NCBI GenBank assembly: GCA_038087875.1
Contig: CM075997.1
Coordinates: 1,056,001 to 1,120,000, forward strand
DNA length: 64,000 nucleotides
DNA from: Malacoraja senta
Taxonomy: Eukaryota
Reading direction: 5' to 3'
Part shown: positions 14,077-26,784 of the stretch, one piece after another
Numbering within the stretch: the first letter of the stretch is position 1
Layout of the letters: each line of letters opens with the position of its first letter
The notes under the pieces: generated by a model
Seen by the model: only the letters and a program-made list of their open reading frames with translations
Databases searched by the model: none
Told to the model about the DNA's origin: nothing
Program-made: the position numbers and the translations under genes

Positions 14077-15099
14077 CTTTTAAAAATGGTGATCTTGAGT
14101 GGTGATGGAGGAAGAGGTGCTCATGCAATTGAGATGTGGGAGTTGAGTAGTCTTAAGGATTGGAGGAGGGTGGTGGCGGCGGAGGGTTATGGGGGAATTG
14201 AGACCTGTCAGGTAATTACAATCCCTGCTGCTGATATTTTTTACCACCCTGCCACAAGGCTACGATTCATTTAATTTGCCCACTCGAGAATGCAGCCTTT
14301 GTTCCAGAACAGTACTCTAATTAGCTTTTAAAAATGCGCAGTAAATTCCAGATGTCCACTTGACCACAGAGCAAATGTTGAAAGCTGCAAAGAGCAATCT
14401 AACTCTGTGGAAAATAAAAGCATACTGATATATCCTGTCATGATAAATGGTGTTGTCATGACCTGTTTTTTTAGATTGAATGCAACTTAGAGGGGAACAG
14501 TTTAATATTGCAATTTCTTTTTTAGTCTTGTTCAAAAGTATCTTGTGTCATCTTAGCAAAGCAACAAGCTCTGTGGGAAATGGGTTGGTATAAAAGTTGC
14601 CTAACATGTTAGTTTAGATTTAATCGGGTTTACTGTATTGCCCAATATATTAGGATGTCATTGCATACTTCCCGAATAGGTGCAGTTACTTAGTAATAAA
14701 GCTCTCCCTGATCATTTGTTGCACTGTAATATAATAATCTTTCCTTGGTGAGCACATACTTGAATGTTTAATTGCCTGAGAAGAAATTGGTTGACACACT
14801 CAAAACTAGATGTTATATTTTAAATGAAGACCCCAAAAATAACCTCGTGCTTAACGTTTTAAAAGATGCTGTTAAATCAGTTGTATCTTTATGAATGCTC
14901 TTCCTTTTGAATTCCATGACTGTTTGGCAAAAGGGGGGGCAATAAGTTTGAATTCCTCCATTGTGCTTTTCAGTAGATAGGCCATTTCAATTAGTTAAAA
15001 ATCCAAAGCAAGGATCGTTTATACAGAAAGTACTAACACATTTGCAGAAATTCAGTTTGTCTTGCGGTGGAAGTAAAGTTGGCCACAACGTCTTTAGTT

Positions 15100-15745
15100 T
15101 ATTTAGGTTAGTTTATTTAGTTTGTCACATGTACCGAGATACAGTGAAAAGCTTTTGTTGCGTGCTAACCAGTCAGCGGGAAGATAATACATTGCAATTG
15201 TGCCATTTACAGTGTATGGATACATGATAACGAAATACAAGTTTAGTGCACGGTAAAGCCAGCAAAGTCCGATCAAGAATAGTCTTGAGGGTCATCAGTG
15301 GTAGGCAGTAGTTCAGCACTGCTTGCTCTCTGGTTGTGGTAGGCTGATTCAGTTGCCTCAAAACAGCTGACAAAGAAACTGTCCCTGAATCTGGAGGTGT
15401 GCGTTTTCACACTTCTAAACTTTTGGCTTGATGGGAGAGGGGAGAAGAGGGAGTGGCCAGGGTGTAACACACCCTTGATTATGCTGCTGGCCTTGCCGAG
15501 GCAGCATGAGGTATAAATGGGTCCATAGATGGGTTGTGTGATGGTCTGGGCTGCGTCCACAATTCGCTGCAATTTCTTGCGGTCTTGGATAGAGCTGTTC
15601 CCAAACCAAGCTGCGATGCATCCTGATAAAATGCTTTCCATGGTGCATCTGTAGAAGTTGGTGAGAGTTGTAGGGGACATGCCAAACTTCCTAAGCCGTC
15701 TAAGGAAGTAGAAGCGTTGGTGTGCTTTCTTGGTCGTTGCTTCCA
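15100..15745 (-). mobile_element. Rex-Babar LINE 3' fragment
   Basis: KKAHQRFYFLRRLRKFGMS...FYRCTMESILSGCIAAWFG. Confidence 0.85.
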
Positions 15746-17027
15746 ACACAGCTTAATCAGTTGTGACAGAATTGTCAGGGTTGAACGTGTTTAGTCACCA
15801 CTAATTTGTTTGATTTTTATCAGAATCATTGTAGGTGGAAAGCCTTGTCTTAGCAAAATTATGAATGAATGAATAATTTTGTTGGCCAGGTATTCACATA
15901 CAAGGAATTTGACTTGGTGCTCCGCCCGCAAGTGACAACATGACATACAGTGACAGTTAGGAATGACACATAAAACATTATTAATTAAACGTGTAAATTA
16001 AATAAAATACCAGAGCAAAAGGAGGCTGTCTTAGTGAAATTAGATTTAAAATTAATTGGTAGGTTTCGCAACGGCTTAACAGTGACTAACGGGGGTATGA
16101 GTTGTTCCATTACCATCATACTTATCAACAGAACAAATGAAGGAAGGTCACGAACCAAGTTCTTTTAAATGTCGGTGTGACTTGAATTGTATGAATCATT
16201 AAGTGCAACTTCTAAGTAAGACTTGTTGTGCCCAATAATTGTTTCAAAAATCTCACCAGGAAGTTCAGTTATTATCTAGTTACTGCCGACCTCATAGGTT
16301 TTCCAAACTCCTGTTTTTTTTAAATATATAAAATGAGGAATTTGTGTATTATGACAAAACACAATGGAATGCAGAAAATATTGCTTTTGGGTTGCATATT
16401 TAGTATTGCATTGCTGTTGAAACTGCTGTTCAGCTAAGGATAGTGACCAGTACTACCAACAGAAGTCCACTGGGACTACAGCTGTTTGTGATCAGTGCCT
16501 TAAACTTGTAGCAGCTTTGTTTAAAATACTGTTTTGATCCAATTTACTATTCATGTGAGATCAGATATTTCTCCGCCAATTAAAATTCAGGCATTTATAA
16601 TGCGATTTTAATGCATAAAGTAAATGATGGAAACATTCTAAGAAGTCTAAAATTAAAAAAAAAAAGTTCAACAAACACATTATTGTGCAAGGTGGGTGAT
16701 ATAGCAACATGCATAAAAGTCTATTTCTGAAAGTTTGCATTTCATCAACATCGATTGTTAATAATTTGTACAGCAATATGGCAAAATGAGTTAAGTTGCA
16801 AAATTGAAGTATTAGTCTCTTGTTCAATATGGTTGATTTAAAGTTTATATTGAAATTCTGTTAACTTGTGGGGAAAAAATGTCTGATACTGAATTGTATG
16901 TGTAATTCCTTAGTGCTGTTTTACAGCTGAAAGGTTTGTGTAAAATTCATGATTTCATTTGCATTTTTATTTTTTGTTCAAATGTTTTTCATTGTCTTGT
17001 CTAATTTTTATTTTCCTTATCTCCATC

Positions 17028-17169
17028 TGCATGTTACGTGCATGGTGCATGTTGTGCTGAATCACCAACGACCCCACCAAAACTCCATCCTCTTTCCCCT
17101 TGTCTCCCTCCCACCCTCCTTCCCCCATCATCCTCGCTGTGTGTGTGTGCACATCATGTTACCTGCATG
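17028..17169 (+). promoter_or_regulatory. cluster of four RBFOX-type TGCATG splicing elements upstream of exon 19a
   Basis: TGCATG at 17028, 17039, 17046 and 17164 inside an AG-free stretch (16934-17195). Confidence 0.65.
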
Positions 17170-17197
17170 CCCTGGTCTGCACCATGACCTCGTATAG

Positions 17198-17278
17198 GAC
17201 CATAGCGGGAAACTGGGACCTGAAGAGTTTAAAGCCTGCCTTATCAGCTTGGGCTACGATGTTGGAAATGACCAACAG
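17198..17278 (+). CDS. ACTN4: alpha-actinin-4 alternative exon 19a (non-muscle, Ca2+-sensitive EF1)
   Basis: tatag|...CAG|gtattg, 81 nt; [27 protein letters not shown]. Confidence 0.93.
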
Positions 17279-17549
17279 GTATTGATGATTTGAATGAATT
17301 AAAAGTCAATAAATTGCTAACTATGTATTTTTTCTCTCCACTTCTCTCCTGTATCCTGTGTTCTGGCCTTTTCCAAATTCCTTTCTAAATTACCCTGTCC
17401 TGTTTTTTATTGTTTTTTTTTGTTTAATATTTTTCCTCCTCCTTTTGGGTTAGTTCTGTACCCGTCTTGTCTGACATGTAAACCCTTGTTCATGGTACTA
17501 TGCCCTCTGTGTGCGTGTATTTTCCTCGTGCTTACTCCTGTTGGAGTAG

Positions 17550-17615
17550 AAGCGAACCGGGCTGATGGACGTGGATGATTTTCGAGCTCTACTTATCTCT
17601 ACGGGCTACAGTCTG
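17550..17615 (+). CDS. ACTN4: alpha-actinin-4 alternative exon 19b (smooth-muscle/brain type, Ca2+-insensitive EF1)
   Basis: gagtag|...CTG|gtacgg, 66 nt; KRTGLMDVDDFRALLISTGYSL; the FRALLISTGYSL ending is ACTN4-type rather than ACTN1-type. Confidence 0.9.
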
Positions 17616-17913
17616 GTACGGTTCCTCTTCCTTCTTCACATCTTCAGCCAGAAATACCAGGGGTCTCACCTGTAAGCTCTCTTGTATTTTAGTAAATCTT
17701 TTGTAGAAGTAGTTTTGCTCTCAAAAGTCACAGTATGAAGCATCCATATTTGAATTACACGAGTAGATTTTAAGCACTGCTGTGTATTGGGCGTTAATTT
17801 GTAACTTCAACAAATCAGACAACATTTTGCACAGTACTCCAGGAAGCTAGCGGTAATTGGATAATATTTCAAAGCATTCCCTAGTTTTATGCATTTGATC
17901 TGTTAAGTGTGAT

Positions 17914-18138
17914 GTGTCGGAAGGAACTGCCGATGCTGGTTTACACCGTAGACAGACATAAAATGCTAGAGTAACTCAGCTGGTCAGGCAGTATCTCTGG
18001 ATAGAAGGAATGGGTGATGTTTCGGGTCGAGACCCTTCTTCAGTCTGAAGAAAGACCTCGACCCGAAATGTCACCCATTCCTTCTATCCAGAGATGATGC
18101 CTGTCCCGCTGAGTTACTCTAGCATTTTGTGTCTATCT
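17914..18138. mobile_element. palindromic Penelope-derived element ~300 nt downstream of exon 19b
   Basis: Inverted arms centred on cttcttcagtctgaagaa; imperfect TSD gttaagYgtg. Confidence 0.7.
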
Positions 18139-19663
18139 GGTTAAGCGTGCAAGCTGTTTCTGCACTTTTTGCTCTTAAACATCTTGCAGTTTCTCCTCTT
18201 TAAATTGATGTAAGGGGAGATTCAAGGTCAAAGTAAGCAAGTAGGATATTCTACAAAAAACAATCAAAGTCAAGTTGTCAGACCTTTTCAATTGCTGAAT
18301 GATTTTGACGTTACACATTTTTGCCCAATATCTTGGTTGTCTTTGCCTTCAAATAAGCTCAATTCCACCAGTTAATATTTTGTGGAAACGTGGTGGCTTC
18401 TGTTCCAGTCTTTGTTTTGGCACTGGCTGTTACATTGAAGAATCTGCTCACTGATTGCTTTCTGATCATCTTTTTTCTAAAGTAATAAACTGGAATCTCG
18501 TGCAATTCCAAAATAGAATAACTTAAAAAAATTGTATTTTAAATGTGAGGCGGGAATTATCTTCGCTCAACAATATGGATTCTCTCTAACAATAAGAAGG
18601 CAAAGAATACTTCTGATACTGAGAATTGAGGAATGGGAAGGCTTCAGCTTTGATTTGTTTTTGCCAAGTTACCTGATCTTATCCATGGGGCAATCTCATT
18701 AGTCAGGAAGGATAATATGCAAGAGTTCCATGCTGTAAGTTTTATACATGTAAGCGAGGACAGTTTGAGAGGACTAAACTTGGTCTAACTTCCCCTCACT
18801 TGCCCTAATCTCTCAGTAAAAGTTGCTCATAACATGGCACCAACATTCCATGGGATTATGCTTTCTCAACAAAATTATGATGAGAATGTTGAAGAAAATG
18901 GGGAAAAATAGAACATTATTTTCTTTTCAATCTGGCAGTGACAGATCCAGGTCTATGTGGTCTAGGCATGACTTCTGGTCATAGTCAACTGCAATTGGGA
19001 ACTCTCAGTTGGAGGATCTCTGCAAGTTCCTTTGATACAATTGTATGCCTTGTTAGCCAGCAGTGGTGTGCGCATTTTTACGCTAGCCTTGTTTTGGCAC
19101 ATGGCTAACAACTGGGCAGGTTGAGTAACGTGAAAACAAATTGGCAAGGACATTCTTCTATAGCCTACCTCCTTGCTGCACGTGCCACAGACTTGTAGCA
19201 GTACAAAGGAGATTCCCCAGGCTACTTCCTGGGATGAAGGGGTTGTGCTACTAAGAGAGACAAAACAATTTGGGCTTGTATCTCTTGGGATTTCCAAGAA
19301 TTAAGTTTAATCTCATTCAAACCTCTGATCTGCACCTCGTCAGGGCAAATGTTTGGATGTTTTCTCAGTGGGACAAACTCAAGCAAGGGACCAATTGCGT
19401 TACATAGAAATGCCTTCATGCCGACTGTGGTGAATTCCCCAATTCCTTTCTTTGGCAGGTGGTAGAAGCTGGATCATTAGAACTATTTAAAGTGCAGCTG
19501 GATAAATATTTGATTAAGGAATAGATATGGAGAAATGGGACGGAAGAGTTGAGGCTAGCATCAGCCGCCATCAAATCGAATGGCAGGGCAGGCTAGAGGG
19601 GCCGAGTGGCCCACTCCTATTTTCAGTGCTGGTGTGTATTGACTTTCTTGCTGTTTTTCCCAG

Positions 19664-19822
19664 GGTGAAGCCGAGTTTGTGCGTATAATGAGTGTTGTTG
19701 CCCCCAACAACACCGAGGAAATATCATTCCAGGCTTTCATCGACTTCATGTCACAGGAGACAACAGACACTGATACAGCTGAACAAGTCATGGCCTCTTT
19801 CAAGATTTTGGCTGGGGACAAG
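19664..19822 (+). CDS. ACTN4: alpha-actinin-4 exon 20 equivalent (EF2/EF3)
   Basis: ttcccag|...AAG|gtaaac, 159 nt; [53 protein letters not shown]. Confidence 0.95.
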
Positions 19823-20286
19823 GTAAACAATTCTACTTAAGTCACAAGAAAATTTACTGCAGGGTTGAACATAACATTTTTACTTATTATTTGTAAAGAC
19901 AACTTCTCTTCAGTTAAATGACTATTTGAAATTTGCCACAGTTACTTCTCTGCAGAAAGTTATTAAAATTGTCCATTAACCTTTACGGACAAGCTGAAAG
20001 TGCCAACCAAACAAAATGGAACACTAATCTTTTGTTAAGGTGGGGTTCTGTGTCAGTTGCACTGTTAGTAAGTCTTGTGTCAGTGAATTAATACGGCTCT
20101 GATTTATTAGTTGTTGCCATGGAGGCAAGATACAATCTTTAAGTGAAGCGAAAGCCCTCGTTTTCCATTAAAGGCATTCACAGGGCAAGTCCCAGCCTGT
20201 GTGTTGTCAGTGGATGGCATCATTTGTTGCAACAGGTTTTGCTGTGGATTGATCAAATGTGTAGCTGAGCCAAATAGACAAGTTTT

Positions 20287-20486
20287 GTTTAAGAAAGAAC
20301 TGCAGATGCTGGTTTAAATTGAAGGTAGACATCAAAAACTGAAGTAACTCGGGCAGCATCTCTGGAGAGAAGGAATGGGTGAAGTTTCGGGTCTGAAGAA
20401 GGGTCTCGACCCGAAGCGTCACCCATTCCTTCTCTCCAGAGATGCTGCCTGTCCCGCTGAGTTACTCCAGTGTGTTGTGTCTACCT
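20287..20486. mobile_element. palindromic Penelope-derived element
   Basis: 12-bp TSD tagacaagtttt (20275-20286 / 20487-20498). Confidence 0.7.
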
Positions 20487-21107
20487 TAGACAAGTTTTTT
20501 GCTCCGTTCCTATCAAATTAGTGGTTGAAAAAATAAACCCTGTCGTTTTCTGAAGTGAAAATTGCTTGCAATACTTGCCCCTTTTCACTTGACCCCAATT
20601 TGAATCGTAGCACACTTACTGAAGACTTTTTTAGAGGAACAAGGAACTGTAGATACTGGTGTTTTGGGCAAAACACGTGCTGGAGGAACTCAGTGGGTCG
20701 GCAGCGTCTGTGGAGCAAAGTCGATAGATGCCGTTTTGGGTTGGGATCCTTCAGACTGATGGAGTATGGAGGGAGTAAGCTGGAAAAGAGAGGTGGAGTG
20801 GGATAAAGCCTGACAAGTGATGGGTGGATACAGGTGAGGAATATTTCCTGCTCCGCTGTTGAATTGGGTCCAATGAGAAAGACTTCCCAGTCAGGATAGT
20901 GTGACCTGCACAGTGGTGATAGACAAAATGCTGGAGTAACTCGGCGAGACAGGCAGCATCTTTCATGAGAGAGTTAGATTTAGCTCTTGGGGCTAAGGGA
21001 ATGAAGGGATATGGGGGGGAAAAAGCCGGAATGGGATACTGATTTTGGATGATCAGCCCTGATCATATTGAATGGCTCGAATGGCTCTCCACCTATTTTC
21101 TATGTTT

Positions 21108-21412
21108 CTATCTCTGGAGAGAAGGAATGGGTGATGTTTTGGGTTGAGACCCTTCTTCAGATTGAGAGTCAGGGGAGGTGGAGGGGGAGATACAGAGATA
21201 AGGAAGTGAGAACGAGAAAGGGGTGGAGATCAAGGAACATGTAGAATTGTTCGCTGGGAGAAGGTAACAACAAAGCAAGCAGATAAAACGACAGTCAGAC
21301 GTCGGAGAACTGGGAAGGGGGAGGGTCGAAGAGAGGGAAAGCAAGGGTCACTTGAAGTTAGAGAAGTCAATATTCATACCGCTGCCCAAGTGAAATGAAG
21401 TGCTGTTGTTCC
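21108..21412 (-). mobile_element. Penelope-like element 3' fragment
   Basis: Reverse complement of the same endonuclease end and terminal repeat seen at 9361 and 36581. Confidence 0.6.
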
Positions 21413-22144
21413 CAAGCATCTGTTGCCATTTGCATTGGTGGAGGTTGTGTGTTGGGGAGGGTGCTGTTGGAGTGGTTGAGGCAGTAACACGAGCATTTAC
21501 TAGACGAGCACTTCAGCCATATTACCTTGGCAGAAAAAAATGAATGTATAGTTTCTGCTGCGGTTCCGCTGTCTCCGCAGGGTATATGGGAATGTTGGGA
21601 GACCACGTTACATTCACCTTGGACACAAGGGCAGGTTATAGATATTAGGGTTGGGCTCGTGCAGTCACGAGGAATGCAGATGCTGGAATCTTGAGCTAAA
21701 CAGTGCTGGAGGAACCCGGTGGGTCAGGCATCATCTGTGGAAGGGATGAAGCCATTTTCCGGTCGGGACACTTCACCCTGGGGTTGGGTCGTACACTGTC
21801 GAGAATCAAGAAAAAGTCAAGAATCTTTAACTGTCACATGTACCGGAAATGCAACAGTGCTATTTTTAGTTGCTGCGTTTTTTCAGCCCAGTCAACACGA
21901 CATTGCAGACGTACAATGATCGGCAATGCAATCAATTATTAATCGTAGTAGTAGTAACTAAATCGTAGTAGTGAGTAACTAAACCATAGTCCACAGTAGT
22001 GCAGTCCACAGAAGCGTGAAGTTGCAGAGATAGAGTTGAGGTTAGTGTATTAGTGTGAAGTGTTCAAGAGCCTGATGGTTGATCTCGTCACATTACCTGC
22101 TTAAAAAGAAGTCTGACGAGCTGGTGTGTAAATTCTCTTTTCAG

Positions 22145-22303
22145 AACTTCATCACGGCAGAGGAGCTGCGACGGGAGCTCCCTCCAGATCAAGCTGACTA
22201 CTGCATTGCCCGGATGGCTCCGTACAGAGGACCCGACACAGTGCCTGGCGCCCTGGATTACATGTCTTTCTCCACAGCTCTGTACGGCGAAAGTGATCTG
22301 TAA
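22145..22303 (+). CDS. ACTN4: alpha-actinin-4 terminal coding exon
   Basis: tttcag|[62 protein letters not shown] is ACTN4-like; linkage to ALKBH6 and CYP2 mirrors human 19q13. Confidence 0.95.
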   Translation, partial: NFITAEELRRELPPDQADYCIARMAPYRGPDTVPGALDYMSFSTALYGESDL

Positions 22304-24620
22304 TCCCAGCAGCAAATTTTCTTTTCCATAGCCAGCCCACTCTTTCCTTACTCCCCCCTGGAGCATGCACGCGCATCCTCTCCACCACCACCACCTGCAC
22401 ATGCCAGTGCTATCCGCAGCGTTTTGCAGTTGGCATACACAATTACCAAGGAACCTTTTGCTGTACATTCCATTATGTGTCTTATATTATGACTTCATTA
22501 GTCTTAAATCTATGCAAATTTCCATTTTGCGTTTCTATATTGGGGTGCAAAACTGTAAACTTTTTTCTGTACATTCTGCACAGACACACTATTCGGAGCA
22601 CCAACTGTTATTCATAAGTGCCAACGGACCTATATGAATCAGTCTCACAGGAATTTGGAGGTTTTGATGTTAAATTCTAGAAATTCCATAGGAAACTGGC
22701 TCCTTTGTATTTTTCCAAATGTACTCGATACTGTAAAACTAAATATTTTTGTATTATAAATATCCTATTTTCACCTCTTCCCCCCCCCCCCCCCCCCCCC
22801 CCCACACACACAAACTCTGAACCAAGGTATAATGATGTGCTGCTTCAATTAATTTTCTTTCTGCAGCCAATTTGTAGAATAATTTTCACCAGGTGGGCCA
22901 CAAATGTTTTTTTTAATGGATAAGGTATTTAGTTCTACAGTGCAGTATATGCTTTGAAGGAGGATGCGGTTACCTGGCAATTGTTTTTAACCGAAAATCG
23001 TGGCTGATTTAGATTTTTTTGCGCGTTTTTTTTCCTCTTTAATTCTGTGTTCCAGAGTAGCCCATACTGCCCTTGCTGAACAGAATCTGTGTCTAGACTT
23101 TGGGAGTGTTTGGACAGGTCAGGCGACATGCTGAATAGGCAGCCCATTACTAAAATGCAGCGGGAATAAATAAATTGCTGGCAGTGGGTATTAAGACAGT
23201 AACATGTTTGAGTTTCTGATGGCTTCTTAAATAAACCATGCGACCTTAGTGGTGTCATGTGTTTAGCAGAGCCCCAAGGGTGATTTGCTGTTCGCTGTTG
23301 CAGTTATTTATTACAAATAGCTTGTTAAAATAGCGTTGGCTTTAGTTACTGTTGTGCAGTTGAGGCAGTGTTGAATTCTAACGGGGACTGGGTTTGAATC
23401 TGGAGTGTTTTGCTACCACATTTACTGTGTCAGGACCGAAGGAGTAAGGCAAGAAATCATGGCAGGTACTGCAATGCTCTCCTTTGTCCAGTGGCATCAT
23501 GTTATTGCAGATTCCCACTAGGAAGTCTGAATCATTCATGTAAACTGATCATGGAACAGCAAAGTAGATGGGTCTAAAATTACTGACACGCACAGTCTAT
23601 AATCCTAAATCATGAAAGTATTATCTTCGGTGAAGGCAAATGGGGATGCACACTGCATGCCCAAGAATGAATTTGGATGGGAACTTGAGATATGCCTACC
23701 CAGAAACGCACCACGAGTCTGCTCGAAGTCAGCAGCTAGGATTAAGTGCTGTAACTAACACGGTGATGAACTGGGACTGTCAGCTATGTATCTCGACACT
23801 TCCAGTTATGCAGTTGTAAAGCAAGCCCAGTGCTCGAAGCAATGGTACAACTGTGACTGGCTATGGTGACTGAGTGGTTTCACCTCAAACGGAGAGGATG
23901 GTTTCCCCCATTTAAATAGTTATGCCAGGGGTAAAATAGGTTATTTTTGAGGTAGGAAAAGTATTTATCTCTCCATATTTAATCTGTTCATGTACATACT
24001 GCAGTGGTCTATAATTTGAATGACTGCCTTTTTAAATAAATAAAAAAACAAAGCTGGGCTTTTTCTGTGAGGGTACTGAGTTTTTTTGCAGAAAGAAGTC
24101 TTTGGGGGGGAGGGGGTTGGGAGGTGGAAATGGGGGCTTTTGTTTTAATTTTTGATTCTCCTTGCTCCTCGGACTTAGACGTTGAATTGTTGTTGCTGTG
24201 AGAAATAGGCTGGCCTTGAGAGAGTATAACTGCAGTTCTTGGTGGTGTGGGAGGGCTTTTTGCTATTTACCTTAATATGGGACTTGCTATACGACATATA
24301 TATATATATATATCTCATCTGAAATTCTCATGGACTGTAATTACTTGGTTTTTAAAAGAGGAAATAAATTGAACATTCTCTGGATTTAAAAAAAACAAAA
24401 ACATTCCAATGGACAAATGAGATTTTCTGGAATATTAGAGATGTTGTGAACATTTTCTTCCCCTTTGTAGCCACCTTGCCATAATTGTGAAGTATAAGTG
24501 AGGGCTGCCTTTCTATGTTTGATTTAAGGGTGTTTTCAGAGGGTCTCTGCTACCTTAGCCCTATTAGATGAAATAAATCATCACTATTTTTGAGAAATAA
24601 AAGCTCCCAGACTCTTTATT
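22304..24620 (+). other. ACTN4: probable ACTN4 3' UTR with several candidate polyadenylation signals
   Basis: No recognisable transposon for ~2.4 kb after the stop; AATAAA at 23165, 24035, 24572 and 24596, with T/GT-rich sequence after the last. Confidence 0.55.
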
Positions 24621-26584
24621 TTAAAGTCGGACTTTGAAGGTGTGTTTATTTCTTGCGATACAAGGCTACTCCTGGACTCTGAAGGCGTGCGTGGTTGAGC
24701 TCTGGAACTGCAGTGAGCAGTTTGGAAGAAAATACATTCAATTACATGTTATATTGTGTATTGTTCGGCAACCTGGCATTCACCATTTCTCTCTGCCTCC
24801 TGAATTGGTATTAGTTCATTGTAAATGAATGAATACTTAATTTTATTGTCACATGTCAGTCTGAAGAAGGGTCCAGAACTAAATCGTTAGCTATCCATCC
24901 CCTCCACAGACGCTGCCTGGCCCACTGAGCTCCTCCAGCAGTGGTAACCTCGAATGTCACGCTGCTTCACAAAGTTTTCTGGTTCCTCTCGGACCTTTTT
25001 GGCACCTGGACGCGCATACGTGAACAAAACACTATGTGTGGTATGTACCTTTGTTTGGTTCCTAAACGTGGGCTCAACAAATTGATATGTTATTTGTGTC
25101 CCCTTCATGTTCCTGGCAAAGCCCTAAATGACCCCCAGGTTAAGAACCACTGCTCTAGACCCCACGACACCGATTTCCAAAACTGAACAAATCATCTCTG
25201 CCCAGACCAACCTCCCTGACTTGCTCCAAACATTGGGATCCATTGGTATATATTTTATCGACATTTTGAGTCGCAGTGTGGAAACAGGCCCTTCGGCCTA
25301 GCTTGACCACACTGGCCAACATGTCCCATCTACACTAGTCCCACCTGCCTGCGCTGGGTCCATATTCCTCCAAACCTGTCCTATCCATGTATGACGTATG
25401 TTTTTATTTGCATGCTATCCAATGCAATCAGAATATATATATATATATATAATCAAACCAGACACAGCACAACACGTAGTGGAACGGGAAAATACCAGAG
25501 TGCAGAATAGTGCTTCAGACAATGTCTAATGTCTACAATAAGGTAAGCTGGAAGATCGGAACTAATGATTTTGACATAAAATCGCACTGGTATAATGGTT
25601 CAATGGGTCTTCATTGTCACGAATGCTCAGCACAGTAAAATTCTTTTGCACAACCCACAAATGCACAGTCGCCATATTTTGGCACCATTTGCAAAGAGAA
25701 AGTCGAGTCCGCTCCACATGCTGGAAGTAAAGAGCATCCCCCCTCCCCCCAGATCAAGGTAAGCCCCAGGCTGCTGCAGGCCTGCAATCCAATGTCCTTC
25801 TCCTCTGACCGTCTGTGTCCCGGGGGCGCCGACTGAAGACGCTGGAGGCAATATCCAGGTCTATCTCCTACCGAGCTGCTCCTCGCGTCTGAATTCGCCA
25901 GTGGATCCCTCCTCGGCTCTTCTGGGCTCCCCCCCCCTGCAGGCAGCAGCCCGCTGAGCCCTTGTTCACAGTGGTGAACCAGGCCTGCCGCTGCATGTGG
26001 CCACTGGCGGCCCACAGTGTCTTTGTTGTCATCGGCTGCTGGGACCGTCCCTGCTTCAGCCGGGCCAATACTTTATTACTACGCCAATGCCATCATTTAT
26101 AATTGGTGTGTACTGAGATGCAGTGGAAACACTACTCGTGTAGAGTATGACTGGATATCAATCAAGCAAAGCACATCGGGTACTGTAAAGAGAAACATCA
26201 GAGTGCAGAGTAAAACGTGCAAGATCCACTACAAGGTAGGTTGGGAGATCAGGATTACAACCAGGTTTATGTTGGATCGAAGATGGACACAAAATGCTGC
26301 AGGATCAGGCAGCATCTCTGGAGAGAAGGAATGGCTGATGTTTTGCTTCGAGACTCGTCTTCAACTGACTGGTAGTTTATAACGCCGGGGAATAAGCTTT
26401 TCCTGAATCTGGTACGTGCTTTCAAGCTTTTAACTTCATCCTGACGGGAGAGGGGTGAAAATGGTCCTCTAATGTTGGCTGCGGTCCCGAGGCGACATGA
26501 AGTGTAAAAGGAGTGGATGGTGGGGAGTCTGATCTGTTCAGAAGTCTTGTTATTAGTTATATTAAATATACAGGGCATTTTTAC

Positions 26585-26784
26585 NNNNNNNNNNNNNNNN
26601 NNNNNNNNNNNNNNNNNNNNNNNNNNNNNNNNNNNNNNNNNNNNNNNNNNNNNNNNNNNNNNNNNNNNNNNNNNNNNNNNNNNNNNNNNNNNNNNNNNNN
26701 NNNNNNNNNNNNNNNNNNNNNNNNNNNNNNNNNNNNNNNNNNNNNNNNNNNNNNNNNNNNNNNNNNNNNNNNNNNNNNNNNNNN
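26585..26784. other. assembly gap (200 N)
   Basis: Run of N. Confidence 1.

Noticed and set aside
17198..17278. Assignment of the actinin gene to ACTN1 (DHSG...GND is ACTN1-like)
   Set aside because: Exon 19b (FRALLISTGYSL), the last exon (NFITAEE) and neighbouring genes favour ACTN4; a phylogeny would settle it
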